A stretch of DNA of 64,000 nt from a bacterium (GTDB lineage Bacteria; Krumholzibacteriota; Krumholzibacteriia; G020349025): contig JANLSU010000081.1 of the NCBI GenBank assembly GCA_031362565.1, forward strand, positions 59,768 to 123,767, written 5' to 3'. The notes beneath the pieces are model-generated. The model was not told the DNA's origin and ran no database searches. It saw only the letters and a list, made by a program, of their open reading frames with translations. How positions within the stretch are numbered: the stretch's first letter is position 1; every line of letters starts with the position of its first letter. Positions 55,829 to 64,000 of the stretch are shown here, piece by piece. A program made the translations under genes and the position numbers.

Positions 55829-56836
55829 CGGCGGAACCGCGCCTTGATATCGCCCCACGATGCAGCGCGCACGGCCGTCGTCGCCAGCGGCGTCGACCAC
55901 AATCCGTCGGTACGCGCTGCAAAGAGCTTGTCGCCCGCAACTTTCGATTTCGAATACGAACGTGTCGTCAACCGCGTCGATCGATTGCCACGTCTCGCCG
56001 GCTCCCGGGCTCGAGTAGAATTGGTGCGTGTTGTTGAGGAAATCAACCACTGCAAAGACGGTCGCGCCGACGTGCGCGAAGAACACCGCCGAGCCGTTGG
56101 CCAGGCCGCCTCCCACGAGCGTCCAAGACTGTGCATCGTTCGTGATTTGGTAAACCGATGGGCCGTTGCTCACGAGGAGGTTGGTGCCATCGCTGAAAAT
56201 GTCCGTCGCCGTGAATCCCGGCAGCAACGGCGGCCGTACGGCGACCTCCTGCCACGCGGTCGCGCCCTGTGGAAACCGGTGGATCAGACCGTACGGTCCT
56301 GCCGGCGCCACGAGCGTTGTACCGTGCAGGAGGATCGAGCTTACGGATCCGGAGATCGACAGCGGCAGATCGTTGTTGAAGGCCGTCCACGTTGTCGGCG
56401 TCGCGAGCGCGAGTGCGAACACCCCGCTGCCATCGGTGCCGGCGTAAAGGATGCCGTCTTTTACCGCGAACTCCGTGATGTGGTTGGCTCCGATGCCAGC
56501 CAGGCCACTGTTGACGCTGTTCCAGGTCAGACCGTCATCCGGGCTGCGAAACACACCCTGTCCAAAGCTCCCTGCCCAGAGTGCGCCGCCCGCCGGGATC
56601 ACCGTGAAGATCGGTGCACTGCCGGCGCCTACCGGGTTCGACGCGGTCCACGTCGTGCCCTGGTCAGTGCCCCGGTAAACGCGGTCGCCGCTGGATGCAA
56701 ACAACGTGGTTCCGTGCAACTGTAGGGTTTCGATGTTCGCCGCTGGCAATTCCTCGACGCGCGTCCAGGTCAGAGATCGCGCCGGCGCCGCCGTACACAG
56801 AGTCAAACAGAGGATCCCAATCACTGGGCCGCGCAT
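55820..56836 (-). CDS. exported BNR/Asp-box repeat beta-propeller protein (Ycf48/sortilin-like)
   Basis: Signal peptide MRGPVIGILCLTLCTAAPA. Asp-box motifs GTDQGTTW, SPDDGLTW, SPGAGETW. Upstream track-ORF extension rejected. Confidence 0.6.
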   Translation of the reverse strand: MRGPVIGILCLTLCTAAPARSLTWTRVEELPAANIETLQLHGTTLFASSGDRVYRGTDQGTTWTASNPVGAGSAPIFTVIPAGGALWAGSFGQGVFRSPDDGLTWNSVNSGLAGIGANHITEFAVKDGILYAGTDGSGVFALALATPTTWTAFNNDLPLSISGSVSSILLHGTTLVAPAGPYGLIHRFPQGATAWQEVAVRPPLLPGFTATDIFSDGTNLLVSNGPSVYQITNDAQSWTLVGGGLANGSAVFFAHVGATVFAVVDFLNNTHQFYSSPGAGETWQSIDAVDDTFVFEIESCGRQALCSAYRRIVVDAAGDDGRARCIVGRYQGAVPPLA

Positions 56837-57055
56837 GGCGATTGTAGCGGTGTTCAAGAGGTTCGACACGAGCCGTTCCTGCGCTTCCTTCTGGAGTGTA
56901 ACCCACATGGAGCTTTGCCGGAGACCGCGCTGTCGCGCCATACCACGCGTCCCGAAGAATTGCTCGAGCGTCCGAAAGGTGCCGCTTGGTGTTTCCGGGC
57001 CTGGTGTGTTTAGCTCGCCCCGTGACACCAAGAAGCGTGTCGAAGGAGGATTCCG

Positions 57056-57760
57056 ATGAAGATGACCCTGGCCATCCTGCTCTTGGCCGCTGGAACGGCG
57101 TTCGCCAAAGAGCCTTCGCATACGGTGCGTCTCGCCAATGCCACCGCGGTGCTCGACGAGGTCATGCAGACGCCCGACCATGCCATTCCGCAGTACCTGC
57201 TCGATCGCGCCTACTCCATTGTCATCGTGCCGGATCTCAAGAAAGCCGCCTTTATCGTCGGCGGCAAGTACGGCAAGGGTTACATGTCGTCCCGCAAGAA
57301 GGACGGCACGGGATGGACCGCGCCCGGCACGGTGCGAATCGAGGGCGGCAGTTTCGGACTGCAGTTCGGGGGCGCGGAGAGCGACGTGATCCTGCTCATC
57401 ATGAACCCACGTGGGGTCGACCGGCTCCTCTCGAGCAAATTCACTTTGGGTGCTGACGCCGCAGTGGCTGCGGGACCGGTCGGCCGCGATGCGCGCGCCG
57501 ATACCGATGCGCATTTGACTGCCGAGATCCTGTCGTGGTCGCGCTCGCGGGGTGTTTTCGCCGGCATCGCGTTGACGGGGGCGACACTACGGCAAGATCT
57601 GAACGACAACCGCGAACTGTACGGCAAGCGGCTCGAGAACCGCGCCATCATCGACCAGGAATTGCCGGTGCCGGAGCCGGCCAAGAAGTTGATCGCGCTC
57701 CTCGACAAGGTCTCGCCGCACCGGACACAGGTGGAAGCGGAGACGACGGATCGGAAGTAG
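57056..57760 (+). CDS. exported SYLF (Ysc84/DUF500) domain protein
   Basis: GGAGG SD. Signal peptide MKMTLAILLLAAGTAFA. IVGGKYGKGY...GGSFGLQFGGAESDVILLIMN...GADAAVAAGPVG pattern of the SYLF lipid-binding domain. Confidence 0.65.
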   Translation: MKMTLAILLLAAGTAFAKEPSHTVRLANATAVLDEVMQTPDHAIPQYLLDRAYSIVIVPDLKKAAFIVGGKYGKGYMSSRKKDGTGWTAPGTVRIEGGSFGLQFGGAESDVILLIMNPRGVDRLLSSKFTLGADAAVAAGPVGRDARADTDAHLTAEILSWSRSRGVFAGIALTGATLRQDLNDNRELYGKRLENRAIIDQELPVPEPAKKLIALLDKVSPHRTQVEAETTDRK

Positions 57761-57885
57761 CACGGTGGACATCCAGAGCTGCGATGACCGCGGGTTGACA
57801 CTGGTCGACGTCACGCCTACGATTGGGACGTTCTTTCCATCGGGGTGAACAACTCTTCCGCCGGATGCTCCACTTGGAGGTCCCA

Positions 57886-58548
57886 ATGATGGCGCGTGTT
57901 GTACGACGCGGTATCGCCAGAATCTGGTTAGCGTCTCTCCTGTTGCAGGCGACAACGACATCGGCCGTTGCGGATGTCGTCTTGCTCCAAAATGGGTCCG
58001 AGCTCAAGGGTTCCATCGTCGATCGCGAACGAGTGGCCAAGCACCCCGAAGTCTTCGCCGAAGTATCTATCGAATTGGACTCGCTTGCCAATGACGCCCT
58101 CACTCCGCAATTGCGGCGCATCTCAGTTGCAGATATTCAGAGTCTCGTTCTTGAGGACGGCGGGCAACGTCGAGTTGTCGATCTCACGCATCTTGTCGCT
58201 CCCGGCGGGCGCTGGGGTGATACCGAGGCGCAAGACGGCAAGCACTCGACGCGTGCCGCGGGGATCCTGATGACGAGTTTGGGAATGGCGTCGATCGCTA
58301 CGGGCGTGTACCTCAAGGCGGCCCAAACATCAACCATCATCGTGATTTCCGGCTTGAACGCCGTCACAGCGACCAAGAAGCACAGCAATACCCCGGTCTA
58401 CGTTCCCTTGGTGACTGGCGGCATCCTGTTCGTGGGGGGACTCGTGGTTCTGACCCAGCCCAACAATCAGCATGACGGTTCCGCCCGGCTAGCGCCGTAC
58501 AGCGCCAACGGCGTCTATGGAGCCAGAGTCCTGTTCTATCGTCACTGA
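57886..58548 (+). CDS. hypothetical exported/membrane protein
   Basis: GGAGG about 8 nt before ATG. N-terminal signal/TM and a C-terminal hydrophobic helix. No recognisable domain. Confidence 0.4.
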   Translation: MMARVVRRGIARIWLASLLLQATTTSAVADVVLLQNGSELKGSIVDRERVAKHPEVFAEVSIELDSLANDALTPQLRRISVADIQSLVLEDGGQRRVVDLTHLVAPGGRWGDTEAQDGKHSTRAAGILMTSLGMASIATGVYLKAAQTSTIIVISGLNAVTATKKHSNTPVYVPLVTGGILFVGGLVVLTQPNNQHDGSARLAPYSANGVYGARVLFYRH

Positions 58549-60032
58549 CCCTGACTCGACACCGGCGCAACGCGGTGCAGAAACCAGTGCAAGCCGCCGG
58601 CGACGAAGAAGCCTACGAACCAGCCGTAGGAGTAGAGCGGCTTCAATGCGGGCACGACCAATCCGCCCCAGGCAAGCGCGCTGCCGGCGAGCGTCGCGAC
58701 GATGGCGCGCCAGTTCCAGCCGCCCGTGTAGCGGTAGACGCCGTGCGGGAGATACAAATCGGCAAGTACCAGACGACGGCGCCGCACCAGCCAGTAGTCG
58801 GCGATGAGCACCCCGGCGATCGAACCGAGTCCGCCCGAGTAACCGAGCAGCCAGGAGAAAATGTAACCCTTCGGATTCGCCAAGAGCTGCCACGGCTGCA
58901 TGAGGATGCCGAGGATACCAGTGATCAAGCCGCCGGTGCGAAAGCGGATCAAGCGCGGGAAGGCATTGGCAAAGTCATTCGCCGGCGAGACGACATTGGC
59001 AGCGATGTTGACTGCCAACGTCGCAACGACAGCCGTAAACATGGAGATCGCGACCACCACGGGTGCCTCGAACCGGCTGACCAGCTTCACCGGATCCCAG
59101 ATCGCTTCGCCGTAGATGATCTGCGTCGCGCTCGTAATGAGCACGCCCATGGCCGCAAAGAGCGACATGGTGGTCGGTAACGCCACGACCTGGCCGACGA
59201 TTTGTTCGCGTTGGCTGCGGCCGAAGCGCGTGAAGTCCGGCATGTTGAGCGACAACGTCGCCCAGTACCCCACCATCGCGGTCAGCGACGGCACGAAGAC
59301 CGGCATGAACTCTTTCCAGGTCGCGAGCTTGCCCGGCTGAGCCACGAGCGGCCCGAGCCCGTGTGCCGCATTCACGGCCCAGACGAGCAGCACAGCCGTC
59401 ATCACCAGCACGAACGGCGCCGCCCAGTTCTCCACTGCGCGCAACAAATCCATGCCGCGGAAAATGATGAAAATGTTGATGCCCCAAAAGAGCAGGAACG
59501 ACAGCCATTCGGTTGTCGTGTGGCCGAGGAATCCGCTTCCCAACAACGTCGGCCATGCCGGAATGAGCGCCGAGAAGAACGTGTAGAGCGCCTCGCCACC
59601 GATCCAGGCCTGGATGCCGAACCACCCACACGCGACGATGGCCCGCATGAGCGCCGGCAAGTTGGAACCCGCGGTGCCATAGGCGGCGCGCGCGAAGACC
59701 GGAAACGGAATCCCGTACTTCGTCCCGGGATGCGAATTGAGCAGGATGGGTACGAGCACGATCGTATTGCCGAGCAGGATCGTGAACACCGCTTGCATCC
59801 AGCTCATGCCCGAGGCCATGAGGCCCGAGGCCAGCATGTAGGTGGGGATGCAATGCGCCATGCTGATCCACAGCGCCGCGTAGTTGTAAGTCGTCCAGCG
59901 GCGCTCGTGGATCGCGACCGGCGCCAGGTCGGCGTTGTAGAGCGGACTCGATTCGAGCCGCGAACGGTCAGCGAGTTCGACCCGGCCGTCGGGATGCTCG
60001 ATTTCTCCAGGCTGCCGGCTTTGGACTGCCAT
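58542..60032 (-). CDS. NCS1 family nucleobase:cation symporter (cytosine/purine/uracil/thiamine/allantoin permease family)
   Basis: 496-aa polytopic protein from MAVQSRQ... (ATG 60030-60032, preceded by a G-rich SD). 12-TM pattern and conserved segments typical of NCS1/CodB-like permeases. Confidence 0.8.
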   Translation of the reverse strand: MAVQSRQPGEIEHPDGRVELADRSRLESSPLYNADLAPVAIHERRWTTYNYAALWISMAHCIPTYMLASGLMASGMSWMQAVFTILLGNTIVLVPILLNSHPGTKYGIPFPVFARAAYGTAGSNLPALMRAIVACGWFGIQAWIGGEALYTFFSALIPAWPTLLGSGFLGHTTTEWLSFLLFWGINIFIIFRGMDLLRAVENWAAPFVLVMTAVLLVWAVNAAHGLGPLVAQPGKLATWKEFMPVFVPSLTAMVGYWATLSLNMPDFTRFGRSQREQIVGQVVALPTTMSLFAAMGVLITSATQIIYGEAIWDPVKLVSRFEAPVVVAISMFTAVVATLAVNIAANVVSPANDFANAFPRLIRFRTGGLITGILGILMQPWQLLANPKGYIFSWLLGYSGGLGSIAGVLIADYWLVRRRRLVLADLYLPHGVYRYTGGWNWRAIVATLAGSALAWGGLVVPALKPLYSYGWFVGFFVAGGLHWFLHRVAPVSSQGQ

Positions 60033-60069
60033 CGCTCCCCCCCCCGCCGCCGGGAATAGCAGGCCGGCC

Positions 60070-60112
60070 CGGGCGGGAGCAAGCACGATTCGTTGCCCTC
60101 TTCTCCCGCCCG
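60070..60112 (-). terminator. perfect 10-bp GC-rich hairpin (CGGGCGGGAG/CTCCCGCCCG, 23-nt loop) between the upstream secreted-protein gene and the NCS1 permease start
   Basis: Read directly; about 35 nt upstream of the permease SD/ATG on the minus strand. Could be an intrinsic terminator without U-tract or a 5'-UTR regulatory structure. Confidence 0.3.
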
Positions 60113-60184
60113 CGCTTGCAGCGTAAACAGACACGGCCGCCCGAGTCACCTCGGACGGCCGCGCTTCGAAAGACCGCTGCCGGC

Positions 60185-60898
60185 TTACCGGTAGAGGTGC
60201 TTGACGGTACCCCAGGTCTCGGCGCTCGTAGGCACCGGGCACTGGATTCCCATCGTGATCGTGATGACGTTGCCCCAGATGCCGAACTGTTGGTTCGCCG
60301 GCGCCGCGCCGCAAGTGTTGTCGAGGAAGGTCGGGTACGTCGCGGGCTTGGTGATCAACGGATTGAGGCTCGTCGTCTCGCCGACGCCCGTACCGTTGCC
60401 GATGCCGAACGTCAGTGCGCAACCGCCCAGGAACGTGCCCGCGGTGTTGCCGTTGACGACGGAAGCCACCGGCGTGCTGTTGCCACTGATCATGATGTAT
60501 TGGACCGTGGTCACAAGCGACGTCGTGGTCAAGGTGCCCGTGCCGTCGCCCCAGGGCCAGGCGCCCGGGAAGAAGGTGAACGTGCCGCCGGTGAACTGCG
60601 ACGTGTAGACGATCGTCCCCACGCCGCCGACACGGTTGTCCTGGACGATGAAGTTGACGGGCTCGGTCGGACAGCTGATGTCCCACTGCGTTCCGAGGTT
60701 CGTACCGTCCCAAGACTGCGCATGCATCACATGCGGCAGGCCTGAGTTGATTCCGGTACGCCACGTCGAGGCGCGCCCGGTCAGGAGCGCGCCACCGAGA
60801 TCAGTCGAGGTGAAGACACCGTTCACGGGTGCTGCCGCGCCCAGCGCCGGCAGGCACAGCAACGCGGACACGGCCAGAGCAATAGACGATCGCTTCAT
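60185..60898 (-). CDS. hypothetical secreted Gly/Thr-rich protein
   Basis: Signal peptide MKRSSIALAVSALLCLPALGAAAP. No recognisable domain. ATG 60896-60898. Confidence 0.45.
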   Translation of the reverse strand: MKRSSIALAVSALLCLPALGAAAPVNGVFTSTDLGGALLTGRASTWRTGINSGLPHVMHAQSWDGTNLGTQWDISCPTEPVNFIVQDNRVGGVGTIVYTSQFTGGTFTFFPGAWPWGDGTGTLTTTSLVTTVQYIMISGNSTPVASVVNGNTAGTFLGGCALTFGIGNGTGVGETTSLNPLITKPATYPTFLDNTCGAAPANQQFGIWGNVITITMGIQCPVPTSAETWGTVKHLYR

Positions 60899-61194
60899 CG
60901 ATGTTCTCCTTGAGGTTCGTATTCCCACAGACGTGCATACGGCGTCTCGAACCGGCATCTTGGGCCACTCCGCTCGCAGTCCATCGCATTGACAAGTGGC
61001 ATCGGCCCCGCCGCAGCGCGTCATCAACCGCGAGGAATGTAGCATCCTGGCGGTGCGGTGGATAGGCATTCCGGCCAGAGGCACCAAAGGAGGTCGTGGC
61101 GGTACTGGCCGACATCAAGAAGGAAAGCGAGGCTCATTCGGGTCGCAACAGCAGGGCGGGCGTCGCCTGCCGACGCCACCGATGGACGATCGTC

Positions 61195-62673
61195 TTAGGT
61201 CACTCGCTTGAAGTCGATGAATCCGCGCTCGACGTTCGTGTGAACGAGTTGCAAGCGCACCCGGCGGCCGACGTCCAGGCCGTTGGTGCCATTCTCCAGT
61301 CGTCCTTCAACGGGCGGTTGCAGGAGCCGGACCCAGGTGCCCTTGTCGGACGCTCCAGTCACGATGCCATCGAACTGCTCCCCGAGCCGCGATTCCAACA
61401 GGATTGCGGCGGCGGATTTTGTGACTTGCCGTTCGACCTTTTGCGCCGCGTCTTCCGCTTCCGTACAGTGCGTGGCGAGCGCTGCCAATTCGTCGTTCTT
61501 GTAGGGCTGCGGGCGCCCCCCGATCGCTGCCTTCAGCAAACGCTGTGTAATCAGATCGGGATATCGACGGTTCGGAGCGGTGGAGTGTGCATAGTCCTTG
61601 ACCGCGAGACCGAAGTGCCCCGAAACGTCGTCTCCCGGGCGTTCGACGACGTATTCACCTGCCCCGAGAAGCTTGACGACGCTGAGCGACAGATCGGCAA
61701 AGCGCAGCGGCTTGGCGGCCTTCGCCGCGACCAGGAATCGCTCCAAGGCTTTGGCGTCCGGTTCCCTGGGCAGCTTCGCCCCCTGCTCCGCGGCGAGATC
61801 GACAATCCGGTCCCAGCGTTTGGGGACGCGAACGACGCGCCGGATCGACGCGTATGCTTTGGACTCGAGATATCGCGCCGTCACTCCGTTGGCGGCGATC
61901 ATGAAGTCCTCGATGATGTCCTTGGCGCGGTTTCGGGTGTTCGCTTCCAGGTCCCGCAGCTCGTCGCCATCAAACACCGGCCGGGCCTCGATCGTCTCGA
62001 GATCGAGTGCACCGCGCTGGTGCCGGAGCGTTTTTATTTTCTGGGCCATGCGGTCCTGAAGGCGGATGTTCTCGTCGAGCCCGCCGGCAGTAGCGATCTC
62101 TGCCGGCATGGTGCCGTTGCCTTCCAACCACGCGGCCACGCTGTTGTAGGCGAGCTTGGCGCGATTGCGGACCATCGCCCGATAGATGCCCGAATTTTGG
62201 AGCGATCCATCCTCGGCAAGGATCATTTCCATGACGACAGCCAGGCGATCCGAGTCATGGTTGAGCGACGTGAAATCCGTAGAGAGTTTCTCCGGCAACA
62301 TTGGGAAGATCGCGGCCGCGGTGTAGACCGAGGTGGTATTCCGCCGCGCGTGGTCGTCAAGCGCCGACTGGTTCTCGACGAGAGCGTCGACGTCGGCAAT
62401 CGCCACCAAGATTTTGACCGCACCGCTGGGCATTGCTTCGGCAACGGTGAGCTGGTCGAGATCACGGGATGTATCGTTGTCGATGGAGCACCAGAGCAGG
62501 TTCCGGAGATCGCGGGTCGATTCCCCATCCTGAGTCGCCGGGCCGTGGATTGCTTCGAGCTCGGCGAGCGCCGGCGCGGAGAAATCCGGCACCAGCCCTC
62601 GATCGATCATCGCCTGACGGGCAATGCGTTGCAGTCTCAGTCGGTGCGTTCGATCGCCTAGATCCGCCATCAC
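61195..62673 (-). CDS. RNB-domain exoribonuclease (RNase II/R family) with C-terminal S1 domain
   Basis: RNB signature HFGLAVKDYAHSTAPNRRYPDLITQRLL. C-terminal S1-like FDGIVTGASDKGTWVRL. Confidence 0.8.
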   Translation of the reverse strand: MMADLGDRTHRLRLQRIARQAMIDRGLVPDFSAPALAELEAIHGPATQDGESTRDLRNLLWCSIDNDTSRDLDQLTVAEAMPSGAVKILVAIADVDALVENQSALDDHARRNTTSVYTAAAIFPMLPEKLSTDFTSLNHDSDRLAVVMEMILAEDGSLQNSGIYRAMVRNRAKLAYNSVAAWLEGNGTMPAEIATAGGLDENIRLQDRMAQKIKTLRHQRGALDLETIEARPVFDGDELRDLEANTRNRAKDIIEDFMIAANGVTARYLESKAYASIRRVVRVPKRWDRIVDLAAEQGAKLPREPDAKALERFLVAAKAAKPLRFADLSLSVVKLLGAGEYVVERPGDDVSGHFGLAVKDYAHSTAPNRRYPDLITQRLLKAAIGGRPQPYKNDELAALATHCTEAEDAAQKVERQVTKSAAAILLESRLGEQFDGIVTGASDKGTWVRLLQPPVEGRLENGTNGLDVGRRVRLQLVHTNVERGFIDFKRVT

Positions 62674-62728
62674 GCCGCCAGTCGAGGTTTGAGGTGTGCT
62701 GCGCGATCGGCAACCAAGCCGGCGCGCT

Positions 62729-63649
62729 TCAGGCCGCGTCGTAGCGCGAAACGACGGCGGTCACATTGTCGGGGGCGCCGCGCTCGAGCGCGAGATCGAC
62801 TAGCGCGCGGCACGCGGCCTCGGCGGAGCCTGTCCTGGCGAGGATCGCGGCGATCTCTTCGTCCTTCGTCACGTCGTAGAGTCCATCCGAACACAGTAGA
62901 ACGGTGTCGCCGGCGGCGAGACGGACGCGATGCACTTCGACGTCCGTGAGCGGAGTCCCGCCCCCGAGGGCGTTCGTCAGCACGTTGCGCAGCCGGTGCG
63001 TTGCTGCCTCTTCGCGGGTCAGAACTCCAGTGTCCACGAGCATTTGCACGTGCGTCTGATCGCGCGTCAGTTGTCGCATCGACCCTGCACGGCACAGGTA
63101 GGCGCGGGAATCGCCGGCGTGCGCCAGGAAGAGATCAAAGCCGATGCTGTAGCCCAAGGTCATGGTCGTTCCCATGCCACGCAGCGCAGGATCGAGCTGG
63201 GCGCGTTCCTTGAGGATCGAATCGAGGCTCCGGTACCGGGTCGTGACGCGGTCCAGGATCTTGGCCGCGCTTTGGTCGTCCACCTTCAAGACCCAATCGG
63301 GCGTGTCGAACAAGAGATGGAAGAAGACGATGATTGCCGTCCGGCTCGCGACCTCACCCCCGGCGTGGCCGCCCATTCCATCGGCGACGACCGCAACGTA
63401 CCCCGCCTCTTCGAGGCGTTCCGGAAGCTCTCCGGCGGGCAGGCTCGTAGAGAGTGTTTCCGAAAATCGCCCGAGCCGCGCCAGGTAGAAGTGATCCTCG
63501 TTGGCCGGCCGTACCTTGCCGCGATCCGAGCGCCCGGCGCAGTCCACCCGAGCCACCGCGGACGGCGGTCCAGGGTCCGCAGTCGTGCGGCCGAGCGCCG
63601 TCGAGCGCAGCGGCGGCGGGATGGTGTCCAGTTCGGAAGGATCGATCAT
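62729..63649 (-). CDS. PP2C-family Ser/Thr protein phosphatase
   Basis: GRSDRGKVRPANEDHF, VADGMGGHAGGEVAS, GTTMT, HAGDSRAYL, LCSDGL motifs. Confidence 0.8.
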   Translation of the reverse strand: MIDPSELDTIPPPLRSTALGRTTADPGPPSAVARVDCAGRSDRGKVRPANEDHFYLARLGRFSETLSTSLPAGELPERLEEAGYVAVVADGMGGHAGGEVASRTAIIVFFHLLFDTPDWVLKVDDQSAAKILDRVTTRYRSLDSILKERAQLDPALRGMGTTMTLGYSIGFDLFLAHAGDSRAYLCRAGSMRQLTRDQTHVQMLVDTGVLTREEAATHRLRNVLTNALGGGTPLTDVEVHRVRLAAGDTVLLCSDGLYDVTKDEEIAAILARTGSAEAACRALVDLALERGAPDNVTAVVSRYDAA

Positions 63650-63748
63650 GACGTGGAGTATAGCCCTTGGCCTGCCGCCCGCAACGGGTACACTCGTATG
63701 AGGCCACGGGCATCGGGCGTAGGGAAATCAAGATCAAGTACTTTCTGG

Positions 63749-63994
63749 ATGAGTGAAGCGATGGCATCTCGAAACGACAAACCTCGGTACGTTGCCTGCA
63801 TGTCGAATGAAGGCTACCCGGCGTCACTCGTCACCCGCCGCCTCTATCGCTGCGTCGCGGACCCCGATGCCGAGCGGGAAGGCATGCTCAGAGTGATTGA
63901 CGAGTCGGGGGAAGACTACTTGTACCCGGCGCATCTCTTCTTGGTCATCGACCTGCCGCACGCCATCGAGAAGGCATTCCAAAAAGCCGGTTGA
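63749..63994 (+). CDS. small hypothetical protein (81 aa)
   Basis: C-terminal part of the track ORF downstream of ATG 63749; divergent from the PP2C gene. No recognisable domain. Alternative ATG 63761. Confidence 0.3.
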   Translation: MSEAMASRNDKPRYVACMSNEGYPASLVTRRLYRCVADPDAEREGMLRVIDESGEDYLYPAHLFLVIDLPHAIEKAFQKAG

Positions 63995-64000
63995 GCGAGG

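Noticed and set aside
1-64000. Search for mobile elements, CRISPR arrays, rRNA/tRNA genes
   Set aside because: No transposase, integrase or recombinase-like ORF was found. No direct-repeat/spacer array was seen. No tRNA cloverleaf or rRNA-like conserved stretch appears in the short intergenic regions.

Overview
Gene-dense bacterial chromosomal segment, GC roughly 70% by eye, genes on both strands. I call about 48 protein-coding genes. No rRNA, tRNA, CRISPR array, transposase or integrase was recognisable. Start codons were placed by counting residues inside the supplied ORFs and checking for ATG/GTG and Shine-Dalgarno in the printed sequence; treat them as within a few nt. Content, left to right: a 5'-truncated NtrC-type sigma-54 activator; an LPS heptosyltransferase next to an orphan PTS EIIC; three large exported proteins that share a ~70-aa T9SS-type C-terminal sorting domain (a multi-domain purple acid phosphatase, a heparinase II/III-like lyase, a 1454-aa FG-GAP protein); a GNAT; an ECF sigma factor with a ZAS anti-sigma; a molybdopterin oxidoreductase operon with an unusual fused FeS-NrfD subunit and no TAT signals; HtrA; a divergent pair of multiheme cytochromes c; an S9 peptidase; a czcCBA-type heavy-metal RND efflux operon with an Rrf2 regulator; a second sigma-54 activator followed by a degenerate receiver; ppx-ppk; an ATP-grasp / PLP-decarboxylase cluster behind a candidate sigma-54 promoter. 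The most notable locus is a Pls-type (epsilon-poly-L-lysine-synthetase-like) single-module NRPS with architecture A-T-6TM-three tandem C-terminal domains, translationally coupled to an Sfp-type phosphopantetheinyl transferase. Many long ORFs in the track are antisense artefacts of the high GC content and were rejected.
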